Positions 15,217 to 24,500 of a stretch of 27,108 bases of DNA are shown in pieces. Within the stretch, counting starts at the first letter, position 1. Each line of letters begins with the position of its first letter. The translations under genes were made by a program, and so were the position numbers. The notes below the pieces were generated by a model that saw only the letters and a list, made by a program, of their open reading frames with translations, did no database searches and was not told where the DNA came from. This DNA is from Candidatus Pacearchaeota archaeon (lineage in GTDB: Archaea > Nanobdellota > Nanobdellia > Pacearchaeales > GW2011-AR1), in NCBI GenBank assembly GCA_026414385.1, contig JAOAJC010000007.1:1-27108 (forward strand), in the 5' to 3' direction.

Positions 15217-15662
15217 ATGGTAAATAATTTAGAGTTTATGGTAGATTCTAATGAAAAACCAAGAAGATTAATAACTGCTGCTTTACCTTATATTAATAAT
15301 GTTCCTCATCTAGGGCATATAGTCGGATCCCATTTGCCCGCAGACATTTTTGCTAGATATTGTCGGGCTAAAGGATACGAAACATTATTTATTGGCGGAA
15401 CAGATGAAAATGGCTCCACTTCAGAAATTGCAGCATTTCAATTAAGTGTCCCTATCGAAGAATTTTCTGACAGATTACATGAACAACATAAAAGAATTTA
15501 TGAATGGTTTGGGATACAGCATGCAAGAATTTTGGTGAGAAGCATGAGATTGGAAAACCCGAGATATTATTAAAAAAATTAACTGATATTGAGATAGAAA
15601 GGTACAAAAAATTTACTTCGCAAGGAACTGACTTGAGAGATTTTTTTAAAGATATTCTTTAA
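15217..15662 (+). pseudogene. metG: Methionyl-tRNA synthetase remnant: N-terminal ~95 aa joined out of frame to the C-terminal ~45 aa (large internal deletion)
   Basis: The N-terminal part reads ITAALPYINNVPHLGHIVGSHLPADIFARYCRAKGYETLFIGGTDENGSTSEIAA......EEF.DR.HE.HKRIYEWFGI, i.e. the class I HIGH-motif region of MetRS. It then diverges and stops at 15573. The +2 frame (15504..15662) reads ...NFGEKHEIGKPEILLKKLTDIEIERYKKF..., which matches the extreme C-terminal G.k..igKPe.LF.Ki.deeIe segment of MetRS. About 400 codons of the catalytic and anticodon-binding domains are missing. Confidence 0.8.
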
Positions 15663-15720
15663 TCAGCTTTTTCATTTATCTTCCTAACCTTTCCACTTGC
15701 CTTCTTCGAAGAATAAACTA

Positions 15721-17217
15721 TCATATCTCTTTCCACCTACCTTCTTTTATATCATAACCTTTTCCCATTCCTTTCACACCAATCCAGTTTACCTTTGCTC
15801 CGCAATCTCCCAAACTTTGACATAATGTTAGTTGTCTTTTAATCCAAGAATTTCTATCAGCACACTCTCCACTCTCTGTTGTTCCTTTGATTAACGATTT
15901 TTCTTTTGTTATTACGCATTTGTCATTCGCTTGATTGCAAACCGCGCTTGCTTCAGCCCCTTCCCAAAAAATTAATCCAGGAGCAATTTTAGGAACGCAC
16001 TTCTTTCCAACCATTTTGCAATCTCTTTTGTCACTATTTTCGCAATCCTCTGTCTTGTTCTGGAAAATGCAATCTTGCCACCTATTAACTCTGCATGCTG
16101 CTTGAGAAAAATCTCCTATTTTGTCTTCTATACAAACATGCTGACGAAAATCAGCACACTGTTCCAAAACCTCTTCACCATTTATACAGATGTGCTTGTA
16201 ATACCTACTTCCAACACTATCTTCCTTATCAGTATAAACGCACCAACTCTCTCCATGTTTGTAATTCTTTCCATTTTGAGTATTATAACAATTCAAGTCA
16301 GCACACATGTATTCTCCATACATTGGCATTTTTTTTCTTTCTGCCTGTCTGCAATAACTTCCTAACAAATAATTACAATTCCCGCATGTTTTTGAGTTCA
16401 TATTTGCATTTCCTTTTCCACAAACTTCTGTCTTGTCTTTTATATTTGTCCAATATTCTTTGTCATTTATTTTAGACGCATCATAAATATTGGCAGGATT
16501 TCCACAAGAGTCAACAAAATAAACCTCATCTTTTCCGGGCAAACATGTTGTTCTTGTTGTTGGTCCGCATTTTGTTCCCAATTCCTCAGCAGAACATAAT
16601 TTTCCTGGGAAGAAAGTTGCATCTTTCATCGTAGTATTTTTTCCTTTTCCACATTGCTCTCGTGTTGTTAATTTGCATAATTTTTCAAACTCATAATCAT
16701 AAACACAAGCGCCTTTTTCTTGATTCATAACACTCATAACACAATTAACCTCATTTTTTATCTCTTGTTTGTAATTTGTCTTCAATCCTAAATATGCAGA
16801 TAGTTTCTTGCATCTCACTAATGTAACAAAAGCAGCCTGATCTCCTAAAACACAACATCCCAATTCACATTGAGCAGGTGCTTTCTCTGCCCATATTCCT
16901 TTATTGTTATTACACACTACTTGTGGCGTCCTATCAGCACAAATCCCCTCATTTGAATCATAACAAACCCCCAACTTACAATAAGAGGTTGCCTCGCAAG
17001 ATGTTGGCGCTTTTCTATAATTTTCGTCACACTGTTCAGCAGGAACATTCTGACACCACAATCCTGATTTAGTTTTTTCGCAACAAACGCTTGGAACAGT
17101 TTGCGCACTTACAAACCCAATTAATGCAAAACTCGTTATTACTAAAATTATTAACATTAATCTATTTTTTCTATTGCTTGTTTTTTCTTTCATTTTTATT
17201 ATCTGTTTATTTTCCAT
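15721..17217 (-). CDS. Secreted cysteine-rich protein (cassette A, 'C' module), unknown family
   Basis: 498 aa. Sec-type signal LMLIILVITSFALIGFVSA|Q. About 41 Cys (8%). Collinear homology to aa ~80-560 of the 1226-aa protein: GVCYDSNEGIC vs GTCFDNFEGNC, CGNCNYLLGSYC vs CGNCDYMLGSIC, HGESWC vs HGETWC, CQSLGDCGAKVNW vs CISLGDCGGKANY. It starts 9 nt after the upstream gene. Confidence 0.8.
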   Translation of the reverse strand: MENKQIIKMKEKTSNRKNRLMLIILVITSFALIGFVSAQTVPSVCCEKTKSGLWCQNVPAEQCDENYRKAPTSCEATSYCKLGVCYDSNEGICADRTPQVVCNNNKGIWAEKAPAQCELGCCVLGDQAAFVTLVRCKKLSAYLGLKTNYKQEIKNEVNCVMSVMNQEKGACVYDYEFEKLCKLTTREQCGKGKNTTMKDATFFPGKLCSAEELGTKCGPTTRTTCLPGKDEVYFVDSCGNPANIYDASKINDKEYWTNIKDKTEVCGKGNANMNSKTCGNCNYLLGSYCRQAERKKMPMYGEYMCADLNCYNTQNGKNYKHGESWCVYTDKEDSVGSRYYKHICINGEEVLEQCADFRQHVCIEDKIGDFSQAACRVNRWQDCIFQNKTEDCENSDKRDCKMVGKKCVPKIAPGLIFWEGAEASAVCNQANDKCVITKEKSLIKGTTESGECADRNSWIKRQLTLCQSLGDCGAKVNWIGVKGMGKGYDIKEGRWKEI

Positions 17218-17226
17218 CTTTTTGTT

Positions 17227-18099
17227 TTATGCAAATGTCTGAATTCCATATCCAGCAGGCCACACTAAACTTCTTGAAGCAAACACAAAATAATCTCCTG
17301 TTGTCACATCACTCACATTGTAAATTTTACTCCCGTCATTAAACACCACTAAATCCCCGCTATATAATATTTTTTCTATTTTTAAATTTGGATAATATTG
17401 CATATACAAAGTTGTCTCCGAATCTCCATAAGCTGCTTCAAAATCAATTATGCTTGTTGTTATCATAAGTAAATCATACATCTTGCTCGGAATATCAACA
17501 GAAAACTTCTCAAAAGATTGTGTTGTCTCTTCTTTTGTTATTTTCATAGGAACAATAAAATTAACTCTTATTTTGTCTAAAACTATCTCAACATCTGAAT
17601 ATATCGCTCCCATTTTTACGGAAAATCCTTTTCTCTCATATTCTGTTTTTAATGCATATGCACAAGAATTTATTTTTTGTTTTAACATTCTCTCCATCTC
17701 GCTCTCAAAAGTATTTTTTATCATTGGTTCTTGAACAATGCATGTTTTGTAATAACCATTAATATAACAAAGATATTTTATTTTCATTCCTTTATACATT
17801 AAATACCCTTCAGGATTTTCATATCCTCCTCGAGAAGCCAATATATTCACACTATTTCTAACATCATCTTTTATACAATCTCTTAAAAAATTTTCTGGAT
17901 TAAAAACTGGTGGCGCAATGCTTTCTTTTATTCTTGGATAAAGCAAAACGAGCAATATGGCTCCAACAATAACAAGAGCAACAATTACAAATATTGCTAC
18001 CTGTCCCTTCTTACTCCTCATTTCTTTTATTATCGTTTTCTCAGATTTGTTATTAATCAATTCCCCTTCACCTTCCATTGTCTTTGTTTTATCTATCAT
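17227..18099 (-). CDS. Prepilin-like (class III signal peptide) protein (cassette A, 'P' module), unknown family
   Basis: 290 aa. MRSKKGQVAIFVIVALVIVGAILLVLLY has a basic leader, G|Q and a 22-aa hydrophobic helix. The likely true start is M27 at 18021. Paralogous to 25208..25984: CIKDDVRNSVNILASRGGYENPEGY..YKGMKIKYLC vs CVRDSVNEATDIMLPQGGFIEPKNY..FNKTKITYLC. Confidence 0.8.
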   Translation of the reverse strand: MIDKTKTMEGEGELINNKSEKTIIKEMRSKKGQVAIFVIVALVIVGAILLVLLYPRIKESIAPPVFNPENFLRDCIKDDVRNSVNILASRGGYENPEGYLMYKGMKIKYLCYINGYYKTCIVQEPMIKNTFESEMERMLKQKINSCAYALKTEYERKGFSVKMGAIYSDVEIVLDKIRVNFIVPMKITKEETTQSFEKFSVDIPSKMYDLLMITTSIIDFEAAYGDSETTLYMQYYPNLKIEKILYSGDLVVFNDGSKIYNVSDVTTGDYFVFASRSLVWPAGYGIQTFA

Positions 18100-18108
18100 C
18101 TTGTTAGA

Positions 18109-20520
18109 TTATAATATCTTTTTCTTTCCAATCTCACTTGCTTTTATTTCTATAGTGCACTCATTTGGATTAGGTTCGTTTCCATACTCGTCTATGCACT
18201 TAATATAATAAATAACGTTCGGTTTCCACTCAACATATTGTATCCACTTAATGTTCGGGTTTGAATAAACAAGAGGTATTCCTTCTACAATATTAAAATT
18301 GCAATCACTTAACGAATATCTACACTCTGCATTTTCGTTTGTTGTTATTTTTATCCCTGTTCCTTCTTCCTTATAAACTCTTGTGACTTTTGGAGCATCT
18401 TTATCAACAAAAATCTCAAACATTGTTGAGTTCTTTGCGCTATTTCCACCTGCATCAACGCAAGTTACATAATATCTATAAACCCCGCTTGCTAAACTCA
18501 ATCTTTGTTTATGCTTATAACTATTTGTCTCAAACATCTGCACAAAATCTCTCTCATTTTCAGTTGGCGAGAAATAACAAATCGCTTTTCCTTCTTCTGC
18601 ACCATCTCCTGTTATAACTTCTAAATCAACATCAACAATGCTTGTCGCTCCTGTTATTATCCCATTTGGCCCAATACTTTCTATTGTTAAAGGTATTGTC
18701 CCTTTTAAATTAAGTTCATAGCTCTGCACCATTACATTTCTCTCATTTTCCGGCTTCTCTGGTTGATCCTTGCATCTAAAATAAAATTTGTTGTTTTCTT
18801 TGTCTTTTATTCCACTTAAATTTCCAGCACAAGTATAACTCATAATTGCATTAATCTCTCTTGCTGTTCTTGCACAATTCATTGAATTTTCCATATTTTC
18901 ATATGGCTTGCTTTCTTTGCTCCATCTGCACTCTGCTGGCTCATTCACATAAATTTCTATAGGAACATTGTCAACTTTATAAGAAACATAATTGTTTGTC
19001 CCTATTGAACTATCTTGTATAATTGGTGGAGTTGTGTCAGGCCCTTTATCAACACAAAACTCTATGACAAATTCATCAACATTATAATTTCCATTTGCGT
19101 CTCTACACCTCACATAAAATGTCATTGTCCCGTCATTCTTTATTATTGGCGCAGTTTCTCCCTTTGTCTCATCAAATACATCAGGCCCAGGCAATTTCAA
19201 TTCTTGCGTATGATTATAATCATAAAGATTTGTCTCTCCAAAATAAAATGACATATTCTCATATGAATTGGGGTGTTCATAATCAATTTTACATTGTGTT
19301 GGTTCGTTTGTTCTTATGCCAAATTTCAAGGGAGTGAATGGTGCCAAACACTTAGTTGATGTTTTATCATTCACAATTTTAACACCTCTTGCCCCTGGTC
19401 TTATAGCGCCTAATGGCGCATACCTTAATCCAATTGGGTATAGTGTTTCTTCAGCAGCAGTTATTATCGGAGATGTAACATCTTTCGGATTAACCCATGC
19501 GCATTTTTCGTCAGCAGTCCCTTTATTTAATAACTGGCATGCCTGTCCCAAACTCCTACACCTATACTCTGAACAAGGTTTAAATTTGTCTGCATTGCAT
19601 TTTTCACAATCTTTACCTCCAACAGGAGGCTCATAAGGCAAACATGTAAATGATATTTTTTTCTTGTATTCCTCTTTATACATCAGCGCAAAAACAATAG
19701 CTGCAACAGCAACTCCTATTCCTATTCCAACTACTTGAGCTTTTGTCAAACCCCAAAGTGCTGTTTGTCCTATTTTCTTAGCCTCTGCAATTCCCAAAGT
19801 TATTTTATATGCAAGTACTCCTGCAGCAAGCGCACTGCTAATTGCTAATGATTCGCCTTTTTTTGCCCCAACAGCATTTGCTATCATAAATGAGGTGCCA
19901 AATACAGTAGCTCCCCATAATAACCCCTCCCCCAAATGCTTCCAGAATACCCTCCCTTCTATTGCACCACTTGTTAATCCTGCTTCTTGCGCAGCTTTGA
20001 ATTCTTCTGAAGTTAAAGTTACATCATTACCTCCCTCTTTATAATCCTCCCACTTTCCACTTTCTTTATTTTTAACTTGCACCTTATAAATTCCTTTTTC
20101 ATATTTAACTTGTGCATTCTCAGGTATACTTATTTTCTTTTGACCAATCGTCAATTGCCTAGCAGCATTATCCCTAAATGAGAAAGTTTCTCCTTCTCTT
20201 GGGATTTTTGTTACATGTATACCCTGCCCATTGCTCGTCCCAATTGGATTATTAAGTTTAGTTTTATCTTCTGCCCCTTGGTTTTTTTGTTCATTGGATG
20301 AGTCTGCTCTCCTTGTTGCACTATCTTGGTTAACGGATGATGGCTCATTTTTTGTTGCACTATCTTGCTTAACGGATGATGGCTTATGATTTCCATTTTG
20401 TCCACTAACAAATTTTATCTCACCAATCATAAAGCAAAAGGCAAAAGTTGCTATAATTAAAATAAAAATCTCACTTATGGCAAACCCTTTAAGATACAAT
20501 TTATACCCTCTTTTAATCAT
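18109..20520 (-). CDS. Large membrane/surface protein with a prepilin-like N-terminus, a central hydrophobic block and four tandem beta-sandwich-like repeats (cassette A, 'X' module)
   Basis: 803 aa. N-terminus MIKRGYKLYLKG|FAISEIFILIIATFAF. S/Q/D-rich linker with a 13-aa duplication. Hydrophobic helices span aa ~195-280. A Cys-knot-like segment reads CLPYEPPVGGKDCEKCNADKFKPCSEYRCRSLGQAC. Four repeats follow, each with (T/V)NEP..C(K/R)(I/W/Y) ... Y(V/F/I)(R/T/K)C.D..GN. Confidence 0.85.
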   Translation of the reverse strand: MIKRGYKLYLKGFAISEIFILIIATFAFCFMIGEIKFVSGQNGNHKPSSVKQDSATKNEPSSVNQDSATRRADSSNEQKNQGAEDKTKLNNPIGTSNGQGIHVTKIPREGETFSFRDNAARQLTIGQKKISIPENAQVKYEKGIYKVQVKNKESGKWEDYKEGGNDVTLTSEEFKAAQEAGLTSGAIEGRVFWKHLGEGLLWGATVFGTSFMIANAVGAKKGESLAISSALAAGVLAYKITLGIAEAKKIGQTALWGLTKAQVVGIGIGVAVAAIVFALMYKEEYKKKISFTCLPYEPPVGGKDCEKCNADKFKPCSEYRCRSLGQACQLLNKGTADEKCAWVNPKDVTSPIITAAEETLYPIGLRYAPLGAIRPGARGVKIVNDKTSTKCLAPFTPLKFGIRTNEPTQCKIDYEHPNSYENMSFYFGETNLYDYNHTQELKLPGPDVFDETKGETAPIIKNDGTMTFYVRCRDANGNYNVDEFVIEFCVDKGPDTTPPIIQDSSIGTNNYVSYKVDNVPIEIYVNEPAECRWSKESKPYENMENSMNCARTAREINAIMSYTCAGNLSGIKDKENNKFYFRCKDQPEKPENERNVMVQSYELNLKGTIPLTIESIGPNGIITGATSIVDVDLEVITGDGAEEGKAICYFSPTENERDFVQMFETNSYKHKQRLSLASGVYRYYVTCVDAGGNSAKNSTMFEIFVDKDAPKVTRVYKEEGTGIKITTNENAECRYSLSDCNFNIVEGIPLVYSNPNIKWIQYVEWKPNVIYYIKCIDEYGNEPNPNECTIEIKASEIGKKKIL
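20313..20390. repeat. Two tandem copies of a 39-bp unit inside the X-module linker
   Basis: TTGTTGCACTATCTTGGTTAACGGATGATGGCTCATTTT is followed by a near-identical second copy starting at 20352. It encodes PSSVKQDSATKN/EPSSVNQDSATRR on the minus strand. Confidence 0.8.
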
Positions 20521-20585
20521 TTATTAATATAAGAAACCTTATTTATAAATTCTTTCTATCCTTTTTAAATAATTTGAAATACTTT

Positions 20586-21236
20586 TTAGTCACCAACTAC
20601 CTCAAATTTAACTACACCAATTGTTGTACCATCTTCACAAGTTAATTTTGCTATATAAGTTCCTATAGGTAAGCATCGTAGCGTCTCCCCCAAATTAAAA
20701 CGATAATTATAATTTATTTCCGAAAACTTAAAAATGCCTTCATATATTATTTTACCATCAATTCTTTTTAAACTAAATTCTTTAGTTCCTGGTATTGTGC
20801 AATCATAAACACAAAAAGATATGGGCTCTTTATTTGTAAAAACATTTCTACCCCTCCCTATATATTCATCTAATTCACCACAACCATTTTTATTTGTATC
20901 TTCAAAAGTATTAAAAACAAAAAAATAATTTGTTGGGAGTATCTCCTCGGGCTGACGCTGTCGCTCAACAATAATTACCTTAGGTTCTCTTGCCCCAACA
21001 GCTTCTTTCATTGCTTCGCGATTTGCTAAGCTACCTTGAAAGCTAGACAAAGCACCCCATGCAGCAGCCTCCTTTACACTCCCAGCAGTTATAGCATTAT
21101 ATGAGCTAGCAGCACTACCAGCAGCATACAAAGGAAAACATCCAGAATTAAGGAGACCTCCAGCAATAGCTGTTAATCCCAATACAGAATTTCTTGCTTT
21201 TTTCCCTATTTTCTCCAATAAACTCATATTTTTCAC
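20586..21236 (-). CDS. Hypothetical membrane/lipoprotein-like protein between the two cassettes
   Basis: 216 aa. N-terminus SVLGLTAIAGGLLNSGC is lipobox-like. An Ala/Gly/Ser-rich stretch follows, then a C-terminal domain ending ...TYIAKLTCEDGTTIGVVKFEVVGD (beta-sandwich-like). No family recognised. Confidence 0.65.
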   Translation of the reverse strand: MKNMSLLEKIGKKARNSVLGLTAIAGGLLNSGCFPLYAAGSAASSYNAITAGSVKEAAAWGALSSFQGSLANREAMKEAVGAREPKVIIVERQRQPEEILPTNYFFVFNTFEDTNKNGCGELDEYIGRGRNVFTNKEPISFCVYDCTIPGTKEFSLKRIDGKIIYEGIFKFSEINYNYRFNLGETLRCLPIGTYIAKLTCEDGTTIGVVKFEVVGD

Positions 21237-21537
21237 AATATTCTAAAATATATAAATCTTTCTATTTGTTGTTACTATAAAGAAGGTATACTTTTTTATT
21301 TTTTTTCTATATTATCAGTTCAAAATCTTTTAACATTTTCTTATTGTTTTGAATGCTTTTTGTAATCTACCCTAATAATTTTCTTGTCAATTACTTTTTT
21401 AGATTAGCAAATACGCTTTTTTCTATCTAACCAAGTTTGTAGAAATACTTTTTAAATTATTTTGTTCTTTTAATATTCTTTGTTCTTGATAATTCTTCTT
21501 TTAAGCAAAACCTTTTGAGATGTTTTTTTAACAACTT

Positions 21538-24500
21538 TCAAAAATTAACCCCTCTTACACTAATAGCACATTGCCCTGGCTTATTTTCAAATTCATCTTT
21601 ACACATAATATATCTTGTCTGTTTCTTGGCAAAATTCTCGCTATGCACAAACGCATTTCCTTGCATTAAGGTTCCATTTGCATAATTAAAATCACACTTT
21701 TCAAAACTATAAACACACTCCGCCTTTTCGTTAGTTATAACATAAAGCACATTGTTTTTGTTATAAACCCTTGTTATTTTTGGCTCTTCATTGTCAATTC
21801 TTACACTAAACAATGAAACATCTTCAGCAACATTTCCAATTTCATCTTCACATTTAATAACAATTCTCTTTTCTTCGCTTCCAAATATGTCATTTCTCGT
21901 TATCGCATTGAATATTTGTTTATGAACATTCTTTCCTGTCTCCATAAATCTAATAAATGATTCCCCGACCTTATAACTGCATTTAGCGTTGCCATTCAAT
22001 CCTCCTGTTGTTTTCAAACTTAATTTAACACTCATCGGCTCCACACCAGAAACAAGAACACTTCCATTTCCAGGTTCAATGTTCGTAATCTTTAATGGAT
22101 TTGTTTTTTTCAATGTAAATGAATAACTATTTGTCATTGTATTTCTCTTTCCTTCATCAACTCCTTTTAACCATGGCTGATCTATGCACCTTACGTAGAT
22201 ATTTTCTTCATTTTTAATTAAATTAATTGTTGCATTGCACTCGTAAGCAAGGTATGATTTAAATCTAATAGCATCCTCATCAGCACAATCAAAAACATTT
22301 TTCATACTCTCATAATCTTTATTTTCATAATCCCACTTGCATTCAGCTGGTTCATTGACAAAAATACTTATTTCTTGTAAATTAGTATCTGCTTTAACAA
22401 AATTTATTTCAGGGATTTTACCCAATACAATCGGTCCACTATTATCCTCTCCAGGTTTAATACACATACTAACAACATAATTAACAGGATTTTCATAACC
22501 ATTTCCATTTCTGCATTTTATAAAAATCTTAAAATCTATTTTTTCATTAGGTTTGGAAAGCGTTGCTCCAAAACTCTCTGGAGAAGGAACGAAAAATTCA
22601 ATTTTATGATTATCTTTGAATAATCCCCCACTTAAAGCATGCATATCATCAAACGCAACAATTTCCTCTGTCTCTTCACCAGAAACAATATAGCTGCACT
22701 GTCCTAATTTATCAAGAGCAATGCCAAAATTAAACTTATAATATGATTTTATGCAACCATCTTCCTCATTAGTTTTTATGGTAAATCCTCTATCTGTAAT
22801 ATCAACATAACTATATCCTTCTGGTAACACTCCATCAAGTTGCTTTATTTTTGGTGGCACCACATCATTTTTATTAACCCATCTGCAACTTGCAATCCCT
22901 GTCTCACTTTCATCAAAATATTTACATTCTCTCCCTAAACTCTCACATGCGTATTTCCCACAAGGCAATCCATCACTCCCGCACTTCCAGCAATTTTCTC
23001 CTCCATATTTTGCTTGCCACGGCAAACACTCATATGTTATTGACACCCTATTTGTGTCGCCTATACCTATTCCATATACCATTATTATAACTGCAATAAT
23101 TGCATATGGGGCTGTCCAAGGTGCATAAACAAGAGCAGTTAAGGCATTTACTTCTTCTTCACTTAATCCTCTAGAAAATCTATCTAATATATTAGCATTT
23201 CCGGTGCCCAAAAGTATGAGCCCTATTGGCCCGCCGACTATTGCTCCTGCTATTTTTAAACTTGCTGGCCCTTGTTTCGCTTCAACCTGTCGTTTTAAAA
23301 TTGCAGTTGTTGAACCGCTTGTTCCTTTTATCTTTGAAATTATTTTTAAGAACTTTTCCGTTAAACTCTCATTTTTTAACAATATCTCGGCATACAATTG
23401 CGCATATGGATTTATGTCAATAAAATTATCTTTCGTCTCATTTGCATAAATTATTGTTATCTCTTTTCCAGCATCATAATTTAATAATTTTTTCAAATTT
23501 TTTGTTTTTGAATTCCCCTGCTTGCTAACTTTAAAATTCTTAACATAATCTCCCAAATAATTCGCTTTTCCACCGCAATCTCCCAAACTAATACACATAT
23601 CGTTCATTTTTTCTATAAACTCTTCTTTTAAACAATCACAATTCACCTTACAATCCCAACCACTCGTTGTTTTTACTTCTGCCACTTTGCATTTTTTTGT
23701 TGCAAATCCGCATTTTTCTTCAACGCTCTCAATATCTTCTCTATCTCTATTAAAACCTACAGGATATTTCGGAGCGCACTCTGCAACAGCAAATTTCTTA
23801 CTTATGCTAACGTTTTTTATATAACAATCTGGATTTTTAATGCACTCTTCGAATATTTTTGTTTTGTCAGCTTTTTTCTCTTTTAATTTTTCATTTATCT
23901 CCACGCACTCACTCCCCCTATTAGCAGAACATCCTGCTTGCGAAAATAGCTTCCCCATTCCGATATCAATTCTTGCTTCTCTACATACCTCTGCCCTATA
24001 ATCTTGACATGGCTGTATTCTAACCACTCCATCAACACAACTCATAACAAAATGCCTGCTTCCAGGCAAATCCATCGCATTCATTGTTTTATTATCTATT
24101 CCAGTTAAACTTTGATAATGGCACCATGTTTCTCCATGTTCTCTTTTATTTCCCCACTCGTCAATGCACGATAAATCTCTACAAACAAAATTTTGCATAC
24201 TATCATCAAGCTTTTGTTCGTTCGTCTTATTCCCGCAAATGCTTCCTAACATATAATCACAATTCCCGCATGTTCCTCTATTCATAAAAGGATTATTTGC
24301 TGTCCCTAATGAACAGCTCTTTTCCTTACTCAAAACCATTCCATTATTCCAACTTCTTGCTTTGTTTGCATCATAAATATTCTCTCTATTCCCACAAGAA
24401 TCAAACCAATAAACTTCGTCTTTCCCTTTAACACACCCAGAACTTTTCTGTCTCTCGCATTTTGTCTTTAACTCAGGATTAGAACAAAGATAGTTTGGAT

